A stretch of DNA of 60,000 bases from NCBI GenBank assembly GCA_965235115.1, contig OZ249436.1, positions 9,178,001 through 9,238,000 of the forward strand. Direction: 5' to 3'. Each line of letters starts with the position of its first letter. Position 1 is the stretch's first letter. Positions 14,220 to 26,500 of this stretch are shown here, one piece after another. The DNA comes from Laetmonice hystrix (lineage: Eukaryota). The position numbers and the translations under genes are program-made. Below the pieces are notes generated by a model that saw only the letters and a list, made by a program, of their open reading frames with translations, ran no database searches and had not been told where the DNA came from.

Positions 14220-14943
14220 CGATTGGTTTCAATGATTGGAAATCACCAATTATCAAGTGTTATAAATATTCACCTTGAGACGAACTCTATAATAATTTCT
14301 TGACAGAACTTTAAAAGCTGGAATTACCAGATCTCTTGAACGCATAGGCCTACTCCTACCTGCTCTAGGATGCTACATTCATACCTCACTCGCGCACATT
14401 TTTGATTGTTGCATTATTTACATTTGTGAACTATTACTCTCGTCTTTACACATCCCATTTCCTATATATACACACGTCTCTCTTTTTCACGATAGCACGT
14501 ACACATACAGGCTTTATCAGTTACTGCTTGATGGTGCAGTGGCACTGGTATACTACTGTCTACCAGAAATATTATACTCTGAAAATGTTTTAATAATAAC
14601 GTTCAATATATCTCTGTCTTTGTTCTCCTTCACATCAATATACACATGTAGAATACGGAGGCCCCACTACCAGCTGAACTCACACCTGGTCTCGTCTCAT
14701 AACGTCGTCTGATAACAACGGAAACATATCACCACCATCTTCAGGTCCAACTGGGTATTATCTTTCAAATTTACTACTTTAGACTTACATTGATACACAT
14801 TATTAGATTGTGCCCTCTTAATAAACACAGTCAGACACACACCAAAGACGGATCCAATATGTTTGCAAGGGGAGGGCAACTAGGAAACCAACAAATAGTT
14901 GAAGGGTCAAAGTCGTAAAAAAGCTGGGGGGGGGGGATGTTCT

Positions 14944-15447
14944 GAGCCCCTGGTCGTGACACTCACACAAACACACAAACATCATGTTGTCGGAGGCGGT
15001 CTGTTTTCGTCACAATAACTGCGCCGCGAGCCCCTGGTCGTGACACTCACACAAACACACAAACATCATGTTGTCGGAGGCGGTCTGTTTTCGTCACAAT
15101 AACTGCGCCGCGAGCCCCTGGTCGTGACACTCACACAAACACACAAACATCGTGTTGTCGGAGGCGGTCTGTTTTCGTCACAATAACTGCGCCGCGAGCC
15201 CCTGGTCGTGACACTCACACAAACACACAAACATCGTGTTGTCGGAGGCGGTCTGTTTTCGTCACAATAACTGCGCCGCGAGCCCCTGGTCGTGACACTC
15301 ACACAAACACACAAACATCATGTTGTCGGAGGCGGTCTGTTTTCGTCACAATAACTGCGCCGTGAGCCCCTAGTCGTGGCACTCACACAAACACACAAAC
15401 ATCATGTTGTCGGAGGCGGTCTGTTTTCGTCACAATAACTGCGCCGC
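14944..15447. repeat. 84-bp tandem repeat x6 spanning the Gv stop codon and proximal 3' UTR
   Basis: Unit starts at 14944, 15028, 15112, 15196, 15280, 15364; on the minus strand each unit carries (G/A)CGGCGCAGTTATTGTGA (AAQLL* in most copies). Confidence 0.95.
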
Positions 15448-15620
15448 CTCGAGATTTTCTTTGATGATGGTGTGCATAACGACCTGGAAGACAACCTGGA
15501 TGTTGGACGTGTCAGTGGCCGTCGTGAAGTGAGGGTAAACCACTTTACCAACGTTATTCACCTGTCTCAGGAACAACATCTGGATAAAGATGGCGGCTGA
15601 GTCGACGTCATAGTCAGCAC
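15430..15620 (-). CDS. gnav: Gv alpha exon 9 ([10 protein letters not shown]...HFTTATD...ENLEAAQLL*)
   Basis: GGCAG acceptor at 15621, G5 motif TTAT, TGA at 15430-15432; 191 nt. Confidence 0.95.
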
Positions 15621-18600
15621 CTGCCAAATATTGAGGGGGATTATTTAAGTTTATCAAGGAGCCAGGATCTAACATAGTCAGCACCTGCCAAATATTGAGG
15701 GGGATTAATTTAATTTATTAAGGAGTCAGGATCTAACATAGTCAGCACCTGCCAAATATTGAGGGGGGATTATTCAAGTTTATCAAGGAGCCAGGATCTA
15801 ACATAGTCAGCACCTGCCAAATATTGAGGGGTGGGAGGGGGATTATTTAAGTTTATCAAGGAGCCAGGATCTAACGTGATAAGACCTGGTTGAAACAGAC
15901 AGTGAGGAACATGCAATGTTTGATAACCTCATGCAGGACACTGGGACACGGAGTCAGAAAGTGAAGTCTGTGGGGTCAGCTCCTTCTCCCCGTCATGAAT
16001 AAGAATGGATGGTAAGGACCTTATTTACCCTACGGGATACTGGGGACCTGTCCCTTCACGGGCCCCATCTGGAGCGTGGTGGGGGAAGGGGCAAAGGTTA
16101 GCAATATGACCAGCAAGGTCAGTAAGACACGGTTAAAGTAGGACCTTGCGGGTAAAGTTGTGACGCCGCACGGGTGGGCATGATTGGCTAATCAATATTG
16201 ATCACCAATCGATTCAATATTAACCAGGGACCTGGCACCTTCGTGGGTGTTCAACGACCTACTTCTAATAACTACCCCACCTTACCTTTGGTAACGAAAA
16301 AATTAAACCACATATATCTTATTACTAGAGCTTTGATACAAAAATACACTCAAAAGTATCATATTATTCTCTTACAGCCTTACAACACTTGACTTCGGCA
16401 TGGAAATTCATAGAACCAATAGATAGAATAGGGAGCCTACAGTCCCCCACCCCCTTGAGAACTAATATAGGCGGCAATTAACTTCTACGCCTCCAATATT
16501 TAGAAAGACGTACCTGTGAAATGTGAGAAGTAATAGCGGAGATGACGGCCTGAGGTTAATATCTTCTCCCGGAACAAGTCCAGCTTGTTCAGAAACAGAA
16601 TCTGAAATACAAAAGGTTCAGGTTGTTATCAGGATCCTATTTCCACTTTCATTTATATAGCACTCCACCATCGCAGTAATCACCTCACGGAAATTTGATA
16701 TTGACCGTAAATTAACATAATTGTATACATAAATATATAATATACGTCGCTTAGGAATATGGAAACAAAAACAGTAAGATAGAAACAACGGTGACATATA
16801 GCAGTCAAATCAAAACACTGCACAGTCTGGTAATACAAGTACGAGAGCTTTGGCACCAGTCTGATTTAACTACACAGTTCCTTGAGATACAAGTACGAGA
16901 GCTTCATCACCAGTCTGATTTAGCTACACAGTTCCTTGAGATACAAGTACGAGAGCTTCATCACCAGTCTGATTTAGCTACATGTGTACAGTTCCTTGAG
17001 ATACAAGTACGAGAGCTTCATCACCAGTCTGATTTAGCTACACAGTTCCTTGAGATACAAGTACGAGAGCTTCATCACCAGTCTGATTTAACTACACAGT
17101 TCCTTGAGATACAAGTACGAGAGCTTCATCACCAGTCTGATTGAGCTACACAGTTCCTTGAGATACAAGTACGAGAGCTTCATCACCAGTCTGATTTAGC
17201 TACATGTGTACAGTTCCTTGAGATACAAGTACGAGAGCTTTGGCACCAGTCTGATTTAGCTACACAGTTCCTTGAGATACAAGTACGAGAGCTTCATCAC
17301 CAGTCTGATTTAGCTACACAGTTCCTTGAGATACAAGTACGAGAGCTTCATCACCAGTCTGATTTAGCTACATGTGTACAGTTCCTTGAGATACAAGCAC
17401 GAGAGCTTCATCACCAGTCTGATTGAGCTACATGTGTACAGTTCCTTGAGATACAAGCACGAGAGCTTCATCACCAGTCTGATTTAGCTACACAGTTCTT
17501 TGAGATACAAGTACGAGAGCTTCATCACCAGTCTGATTTAGCTACACAGTTCCTTGAGATACAAGCACGAGAGCTTCATCACCAGTCTGATTTAGCTACA
17601 TAGTTCCTTGAGATACAAGTACGAGAGCTTCATCACCAGTCTGATTTAGCTACATGTGTACAGTTCCTTGAGATACAAGTACGAGAGCTTCATCACCAGT
17701 CTGATTTAGCTACACAGTTCCTTGAGATACAAGTACGAGAGCTTCGTCACCAACTGATTTAGCTACATAGTTCCTTGAGATACAAGTACGAGAGCTTCAT
17801 CACCAGTCTGATTTAGCTACACAGTTCCTTGAGATACAAGTACGAGAGCTTCATCACCAGTCTGATTTAGCTACACAGTTCCTTGAGATACAAGTACGAG
17901 AGCTTCATCACCAGTCTGATTTAGCTACACAGTTCCTTGAGATACAAGTACGAGAGCTTCATCACCAGTCTGATTTAGCTACACAGTTCCTTGAAATCAC
18001 ATTAGTGCGCTAATCAAAAAGGGACATGAACGCTAGAAACAGGTAACTAACGTTCTTGTGTGTGACGGATATACTTGTGTATACCGTCACAGTATATCGG
18101 TCACACACACAACAGGTAACTAACGTTCTTGTGTGTGACGGATATACTTGTGTATACCGTCACAGTATATCGGTCACACACACAACAGGTAACTAACGTT
18201 CTTGTGTGTGGCGGATATACTTGTGTATACCGTCACAGTATATCGGTCACACACAACAGGTAACTAACGTTCTTGTGTGTGACGGATATATACGCAAGTA
18301 ATTTGAAACTTCTCTCGCCAACTGCCAGACAATATCGGTAATATACGGTAGGCTCGGGGTATTGCTTCTCACCCATACCGCAGGGAAATACTATAGTATT
18401 GCTGTCCGTATGCCATACAGTGTGTGCCACATCTACTTTCACATCACTGACCTGCCAATGCTATCTTACACAGAGAATCCAGCTCACCAACCTTGGGCAC
18501 TGCCACAGTCAAACCTATAGAGTGGTCTACTCATTTTTCTTTCTTTTTTAGTTCTGATTTCATCAACATTCCAAGGGCACGGGACAGACGTTACCATGGC

Positions 18601-21600
18601 AACAGAACGAAACAGTCAAAGGCTGGCGTCCGAAGTCACCTGGAAGGACTGGCGGCCTGTGGTGGGCCTGGTGGTGCACATCACTGATCTGAGAGCATCT
18701 GGCCTCCGTAATTACTGTCAGTGACTGGGTCCTGTGAAGTTACCCGCTCAATGGTGAAGGACACATGATAGTGGAAGCGAGGGAAATGAAAACTAGACCG
18801 TGGCAGCATGTTCGTTAATATGTTCGTTATACTTACTATAGAGGTATCATTGAAGAACTTGGTGTTAACAATTTGCTGGAATAGCTTTAGACTCTCCTCC
18901 AAGCGGTTCTGAAAGAAAATGATGGATTATGATTAAAATATTCATCTCTTAGACGCAAAAAGGAAAGTAAACGAATACTTATTCATCAAATTGTCTATGC
19001 CATCTAAAATCGGTACAGCGTAAATTATCTCGTTATTTTCAATCAGTGCTCCCTATATAGGCCTATTTATGTGAGTGAGAGACAATGCAATACCAAATGG
19101 CGTTCTTTTCATTGTTAGAAGAAATTTTATCCACAAGTCATATTAAAATTTTTCATACTTCAAATCCAATTAACAAGATAACCAACCGTTGCATCCAATT
19201 TTAGGCTTCATCCGATTTCAATAATTCACTAAAAATCCCCGATAGGTTACACCCGCTTAACACTGAACTGCCTTGCAATCTTTAAATTTTGAAATGTTTT
19301 TTTAACGTGGCGGGGAAGCCCTGCACTGTGGCCTGAGTGTGTGTGGGCGTGACTACCCCCCCCCCCCCCCCCCCCGATGATTTGGGAGGAGTTCGTACCA
19401 CTGACGGGTCCTCAAACAGCGTCATGTCGTATCCACTGAGTGCCGTCACAAACAATAGCGCTCGCACGTCATCAAAACATTGGATCCACTTCCGACGCTC
19501 TGAGCGCTGGCCTCCCACGTCAAACATTCTGTTAACATATCAAACCTCAAACTTGACTACAATAGGGTTAGGGTCAATGGTCACACTTACAACACTTACT
19601 GGCCTCCCACGTCAAACATTCTGTTAACATATCAAAACCTCAAACTTGACTACAATAGGGTTAGGGTCAATGGTCACACTTACAACACTTACTGGTCTCC
19701 CACGTCAAACATTCTGTTAACATATCAAAACCTCAAACTTGACTACAATAGGGTTAGGGTCAATGGTCACACTTACAACACTTACTGGCCTCCCACGTCA
19801 AACATTCTGTTAACATATCAAACTCGACTACAATAGGTGGGCAATGGTCACACTTACAACACATACTGGTCTCCCACGTCAAACATTCTGTTAACATATC
19901 AGACCTCAAACCTGACTACCATATAGGGTTAGGGTCAGTGGTCACACTAATTACATCACTTACATCTGGGCACAGATCAAATATGGCTTAGACTTCAGTA
20001 TTACCAATCTTCTATAGCAGTTAATGCACTGCTTGAAAGGATTTTCAGTTGTCTCGAAGGGCTAAGGTACGTTACCTGAATATGATGAAGGGCTAAGGTA
20101 CATTACCTGAATATGATGAAGGGCTAAGGTACATTACCTGAATATGATGAAGGGCTAAGGTACATTACCTGAATATGATGAAGGGCTAAGGTACATTACC
20201 TGAATATGATGCCATTTATTTTGAAGCACGTTTCAATGATGCTTGTCGTCCGAATTCGAGCCCTCAGCACATCTGCTTGAGTAGGTCTGAACTTTTCCGA
20301 GCATATCCGGTCCATATGGTTGAAATAACTACAACAGCAAATGGTACAACGCATGAAGCTCAACGACACATGATTTCAGAGAAAAACACTTGAATAACTA
20401 CAACAGGAAATGGTACAACGCATGAAGCTCAAAGACACATGATTTCAGACAAAAACACTTGAATAACTACAACAGGAAATGGTACAACGCATGAAGCTCA
20501 AAGACACATGATTTCAGACAAAAACACTTGAATAACTACAACAGGAAATGGTACAACGCATGAAGCTCAAAGACACATGATTTCAGACAAAAACACTTGA
20601 ATAACTACAACAGGAAATGGTACAACGCATGAAGCTCAAAGACACATGATTTCAGACAAAAACACTTGAATAACTACAACAGGAAATGGTACAACGCATG
20701 AAGCTCAAAGACACATGATTTCAGACAAAAACACTTGAATAACTACAACATCAAATGGTACTACGCATGAAGCTCAAGGACACATGATTTCATACAAAAA
20801 CACTTGAACTGAAGGGCTTCTTTATTGGGAAATACCAACTTTTTTTTAAATAGCTCAAATGTTAAAAACGATTCTTTTTATTGTAAAAAATGCAAGTAAC
20901 AATAGCTACATTGGTCCTTGCCCACACTCCAGAGGGGGAAATATTCTGGCTAAATTAGATGATAAAATAAGATGGAGATAATGAATGTATTTCCTGAATG
21001 ATCAGTCAGAATCATAATTCAGTCCGGCTATATAGATAGAGGCAGCTAGACAATACATTATGTCCATTAATGATCATTAGCGGCACAGTTGTAATCCATA
21101 CAACTCCCACCAGACCATTAATACGGCACTGTCAGCTAGTAATTCCTTCCCGATAAACCTCATCAATCCTGATAGTTTAAATGGCTTAAAACTTGTTTTA
21201 TCCATGTTGCTTTACAGATGAAGCCCTCCCTCTTTACTTGTCTTAATAATTCATCATTTCCCAAAAAGATTTGTTTCAAATGGCCTGACAAATTGTGACT
21301 TGTGTATAACTTATACAAGGAAACCCCATTATGCAATGACAATTAAATGTATCTTCAGACTACACGGGATACGCCACCGTGTTCTACAGACATAATACAA
21401 CAGTCATCAGCGTGAAGCGCCAGACGTGCATGATAACACCCAGAATCAACGCTCGTCTGAGGTCTGATTAAAATGCTATAGCCCACGTCCATACGGTCTA
21501 TTGCACGTATACGGCTGGCCTCCGTTCACCAACACCTCATCGTCCCAGGCCATGGCCTCATCACTTCTACTTATCACCGGCTCTGGCACTCAAAATATCC

Positions 21601-23424
21601 CATGCATTTCAGCATGGAAATGTCAGAAGTTTTATTCCTCCCGTTCAGCCACCATTGACAGTATTGTGCAGCAAGTGGTTTCTTTGAATTGACTGGTTTC
21701 CCGATGCTGCACAGCCAGCAGCACCAGGAGCGGCGCGCTATCTATCAATCGCAGTGTAGAGTCGGCCTGGCGCAGTGGGGACCGAGCAACTATCGTTGTA
21801 TGCACAGTGGACGGCCGCCAGAAAGCCTGTGCTGGGATGACCAGATTACCGTGATGGGACCTAGGTTACAAACCGAGTCATGATAACACTGAACATAAAT
21901 GGCTATACTCATGTGGTCACACGTAAGTCTCCCAAGGCTTGAAGGCCGACAGTTTCATCGGCTTATTCATACCAACATTTCCATGGCAATCCCCATTGGC
22001 CTTTTCTTCTCAATCAATTCTAAATGCACATAGAAATTCCCTTCTATTTAATCTTATAATGGATGATATCCATTTTTAATCAACTTTTTTCAACAACATA
22101 AGGTGCATACGGCAGAGTGACTAATTAACTACCATATTTCAGATGTATTTAAATGAAACCTAAAAATGCCACTGCAATATTCCAACGTTTGAGATTAGAA
22201 TCCGCCACTGAAAGCGAAATATTTTATTATTTGCGTTTTATCTAATAACCTCCATTCCTTTATAAAGTTATGAGGGTTATTTTATAACCATTATCATTTA
22301 TACATGGTATCGTTATATCAGTTGGTTCCACTTGTCTTTTTCTGACATAGTAACACCAGAATACTGGTTTAAACAACCAGTGTGTTTTCATTTTTAAATA
22401 CCGGTAAAATATATAGTTTATAGTTAGCTTCGCTCTGACTTTTCCTGATAATATTGTAATACGTAATCTAATCGGACGTCAGTCGTAGAAACGGTACTGA
22501 TGGCTTGTGATAATTTTTCAGCTTGCAATATTAAAGGTCAACGTGTGCATCGAATTATGGAGAGAAAAGCTGGTGAGAAACTGTAGCAATGGAGTGTCCA
22601 TTAGTGTGAGCGTCCGTGAGACTACACTTGTCACCCCCACATTGAGCCATATGGATGGCAATACAATACACGACCAGTTGTGTGTCCATCTCCTGATTGT
22701 AGTGGGGACCCCGACTCCCTCTCCCTGCTGCCACCTTATAACTTCTCCATGCAATCTCTGGACCATGTGACAACTCGCAACCAGCCCAGTCACTACCAGA
22801 ACCGACATGCAAATCTTTTGCCACGCGTCAACATGAAAACATGATCACACACGAATGAATAATTGATTAACACAGCATGCTACGAAAAATCACTCCGAGG
22901 CAAAACCAAAATATAACGGCTATGTAGACCTAATTTCTAGGTTTGACTTCACTCATCAGAATACCTCTTATAATATATTGATTGTGATGGTAGAGGGCGA
23001 TTGTTTGAATCGTTTTTCGAGTATCCACAGATCTGGTATGATGGAAGAGCCTCTACAGTGGTAGTTCCAGTGGTAGCTCCCCACAGACAAGACGGGAGAG
23101 GTGACTGACTGGTAGGTACAGAGCTCTGCTCAAACCTGCCACAGTCTTCCGATCTGAGGCCGATCCACCACCACCACCACTATCACTGCAATTACCACCA
23201 CCGCCACCACCAAACACACAACCAATTAGGGGACATTTTAATACATCTCAACGATATATTTAAGGGGGCGTAATTAGAGCAAAAGTGTACAAAATAATAT
23301 TATCCTTATCGGATAGAAGGGTGCAAGATGGATTAGGTCAGAGGCCTCCGTCGATATGTGATTCGCCTGGCAACTGAGCTGTGGGAAGACGTGTATGTGT
23401 GTGTGTGCTGCATGGAGCAGCCAG

Positions 23425-23505
<81 letters not shown>

Positions 23506-26500
23506 CCCTGCCACATCGCTTGCCAGAATGAGAATGGCCGGCGTTCATTATTATTATGCATAACACCCCGCGATCAATACCTGGCTCGACGGTGCTGACG
23601 CCTGGTGCCACGCAACACAACTACACTGATTAAACAGTATTGATCTTTCGAGCCCAATTCGAGAACCACTCGACGTTTGTTAAAGCATTATTGCCTTTAC
23701 GTGGCACGTATCCAGACTATGAGTTTGAAATACATTACGGTTAATCCTTGTACTGACCATAAGGCAGCCATGATTCTACGCTCATTACCATGAGGTGGGG
23801 GTGGGGGTGGGGTCCTGAACCAAAACCCACACGCTCGGGAAAACCTAATGAATGGAGCCGTACCCTGTAACTAAGAACCCCTTGGTGTATGAAGGCAATG
23901 TTAGTGGTCGTAACGGGGGAACAGAAATCGCTGAATCGGCAAGATTTATTTGCTCACATTCAGCCAATGCAAATCTTTGTGGATTTAAATTCATTGAATT
24001 TTGCTGTTTGTGACATCAGGTTTTTATACCATTGATTTACTCTACATCCCCTGTAACATAAGAAAATTAAAGAAAAACTTACTACACAGCCGAGTCATTG
24101 AGTTCATACTCGTATCCTCTGTCGACAGCCAGTCGTATGCCCTGATCGTTCCACAAACACTTGAGGGCGTTAAAGATGAACGGCAGCATGATCTGTTCTT
24201 CGTCATAACATCGCTGGCAGGCCAACACCGTCTGAGCATGGAGCTGAAGTCCAAAAAATACACCATGGAAACGTTAATACACATGTATATGCCAACACCG
24301 TCTGAGCATGGAGCTGAAGTCCACAAAATACACCATGGAAACGTTAATATACCAACACCGTCTGAGCATGGAGCTGAAGTCCACAAAATACACCATGGAA
24401 ACGTTAATACACATGTATATACCAACACCGTCTGAGCATGGAGCTGAAGTCCACAAAATACACCATGGAAACGTTAATACACATGTATATGCCAACACCG
24501 TCTGAGCATGGAGCTGAAGTCCACAAAATACACCATGGAAACGTTAATACACATGTATATGCCAACACCGTCTGAGCCTGGAGCTGAAGTCCACAAAATA
24601 CACCATGGAAACGTTAATACACATGTATATGCCAACACCGTCTGAGCATGGAGCTGAAGTCCACAAAATACACCATGGAAACGTTAATATATGCCAACAC
24701 CGTCTGAGCATGGAGCTGAAGTCCACAAAATACACCATGGAAACGTTAATATATGCCAACACCGTCTGAGCATGGAGCTGAAGTCCACAAAATACACCAT
24801 GGAAACGTTAATACACATGTATATGCCAACACCGTCTGAGCATGGAGCTGAAGTCCACAAAATACACCATGGAAACGTTAATATATGCCGACACCGGCTG
24901 AGCATGGCGCTGAAGTCCACAAAATACACCATGGAAACGTTAATATATACCGAGGTATATACGAAACACTGAAATGTCACGTTGAAATTAAAGATATCCA
25001 TCAATTACATACATCTAGTTTGGATTCACTAGCTGTGTCTCGTGTCCGAGAGAGGGCAATAGGCCTAGTGAACCTGGCGGAAAGTTAAACAAATCTGCCC
25101 CTCCTCCGGTTTAATCAACATACTTCAAGGTTTCAAGGTAACTTCAGTTGTATTCATGTTTAAATTAAAGAACTGTGGCGTATCTGATCCTTTAAGTGTA
25201 AATCCTATAATCATTTAATGGTGATTGTGTTGTGGTCTGGAATCACGAGGGACACTTTCCACCAACTCGCTGCGCGCCATCTATATCAGGTAGTTAGTTG
25301 TTCAGCTAGCCGCCAGATGGCAGCGCTCCAACCTGTATGTCCACTTTCATGTAGGCCTGAAAGATATGGCCACTGGCCAGACTCAGAGCGATCTAAGAGC
25401 GAGTCGGTAACACCGGCTGACATCAAAGAAATGATAATGAATGTTACGGATGCTGTAAAGGCACCCCCCCTACTATCCCCAGGAGAAACAACTCCATATT
25501 TCCCCGACCACTCCGGGTTATTCCCCCATGGTAACTTTCAGACAAAATTTTGGGTATAGGTTCGGGTTAAGGTCAGGGATAGGGATAGGATATAGGCGGG
25601 GTATGCTTTTGGGTGGGACTGGGATTAGGGGTTAGGGATAAGGTCGGGGCTATGGATCTTTACTTTCGGCGACCAAATTTCGTGGGGTCTAAGTTACCAC
25701 GGGGGATGTACCCGACGCCGGTCCTGTCTCATGCACCGACTGACCTTGTTCTTTGGGTTGTCGAGGTTGATACGGAGGAGCCCCATACCATTCAGTACGT
25801 ACTTCATGGACGACAACAGGTTCTCGATCACCGTTGTCTGAAAATATATCATTTATCACGGTTATAATACAAGGTACGAAATACAGTCAATTGTGTCATA
25901 GCTTCATCAAAACAAACCTGAAACAACCGCGGATCCAGCACTGCATGAAAGGGGGGCGCTCTTTTAGGGCTCAAGGCGAAAGTGCGCGGGGGGGGGGGGC
26001 TCCCTCCAGTGTTTTTTTTTTTAATTTAGAAGGCAAAAAAAGGAAAAACACGCTGTTTCCCGGCAGCTGGAGGTAGAAATTGTGACAGAAATGAAAATGT
26101 TCGCCTACAAATTATATTTTTCACTTCTTCAAAATAAAGAGGGGGGGGGGGGGGGGCTGCGCGCCTCCCCCTTTATTCGAGCCTGTGAAAATGGTCATTC
26201 ATTTATTTCTTTCACTGTCGCATGTAGTATCTGTAACATGTGTAGACAAAAATAAGAACACGCAGCAGCATTTACATGTTACTACTGTCATTGCTCCATT
26301 TCATTTCAGCTGCATGGACACTCTCCAAGTTCTATTCCATAACACATCATTCTCCATTTCATTTCAGCTGGATACTCTCCAAGTTCTATTCCATAACACA
26401 TCATTCTCTATTTCATTTCAGCTGGAAACTCTCCAAGTTCTATACCATAACACATCATTCTCTATTTCATTTCAGCTGGGCACTCTCCAAGTTCTATTCC

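Noticed and set aside
15621..15684. N-terminal [21 protein letters not shown] of ORF 15430..15684
   Set aside because: Intronic repeat read-through; G-alpha homology starts at the 15620 acceptor
16791..17144. 117-aa repeat ORF ([16 protein letters not shown])n
   Set aside because: 54-bp minisatellite with frame-shifting 58-bp variants and a later stop
23274..23620. PolyQ/polyA/polyC/polyS ORFs
   Set aside because: CAG microsatellite in intron 4; no splice-compatible coding context recognised
24001..25004. Cluster of repetitive ORFs ([12 protein letters not shown]..., [14 protein letters not shown]...)
   Set aside because: Translations of the exon 4 acceptor repeat and off-frame/antisense exon 4
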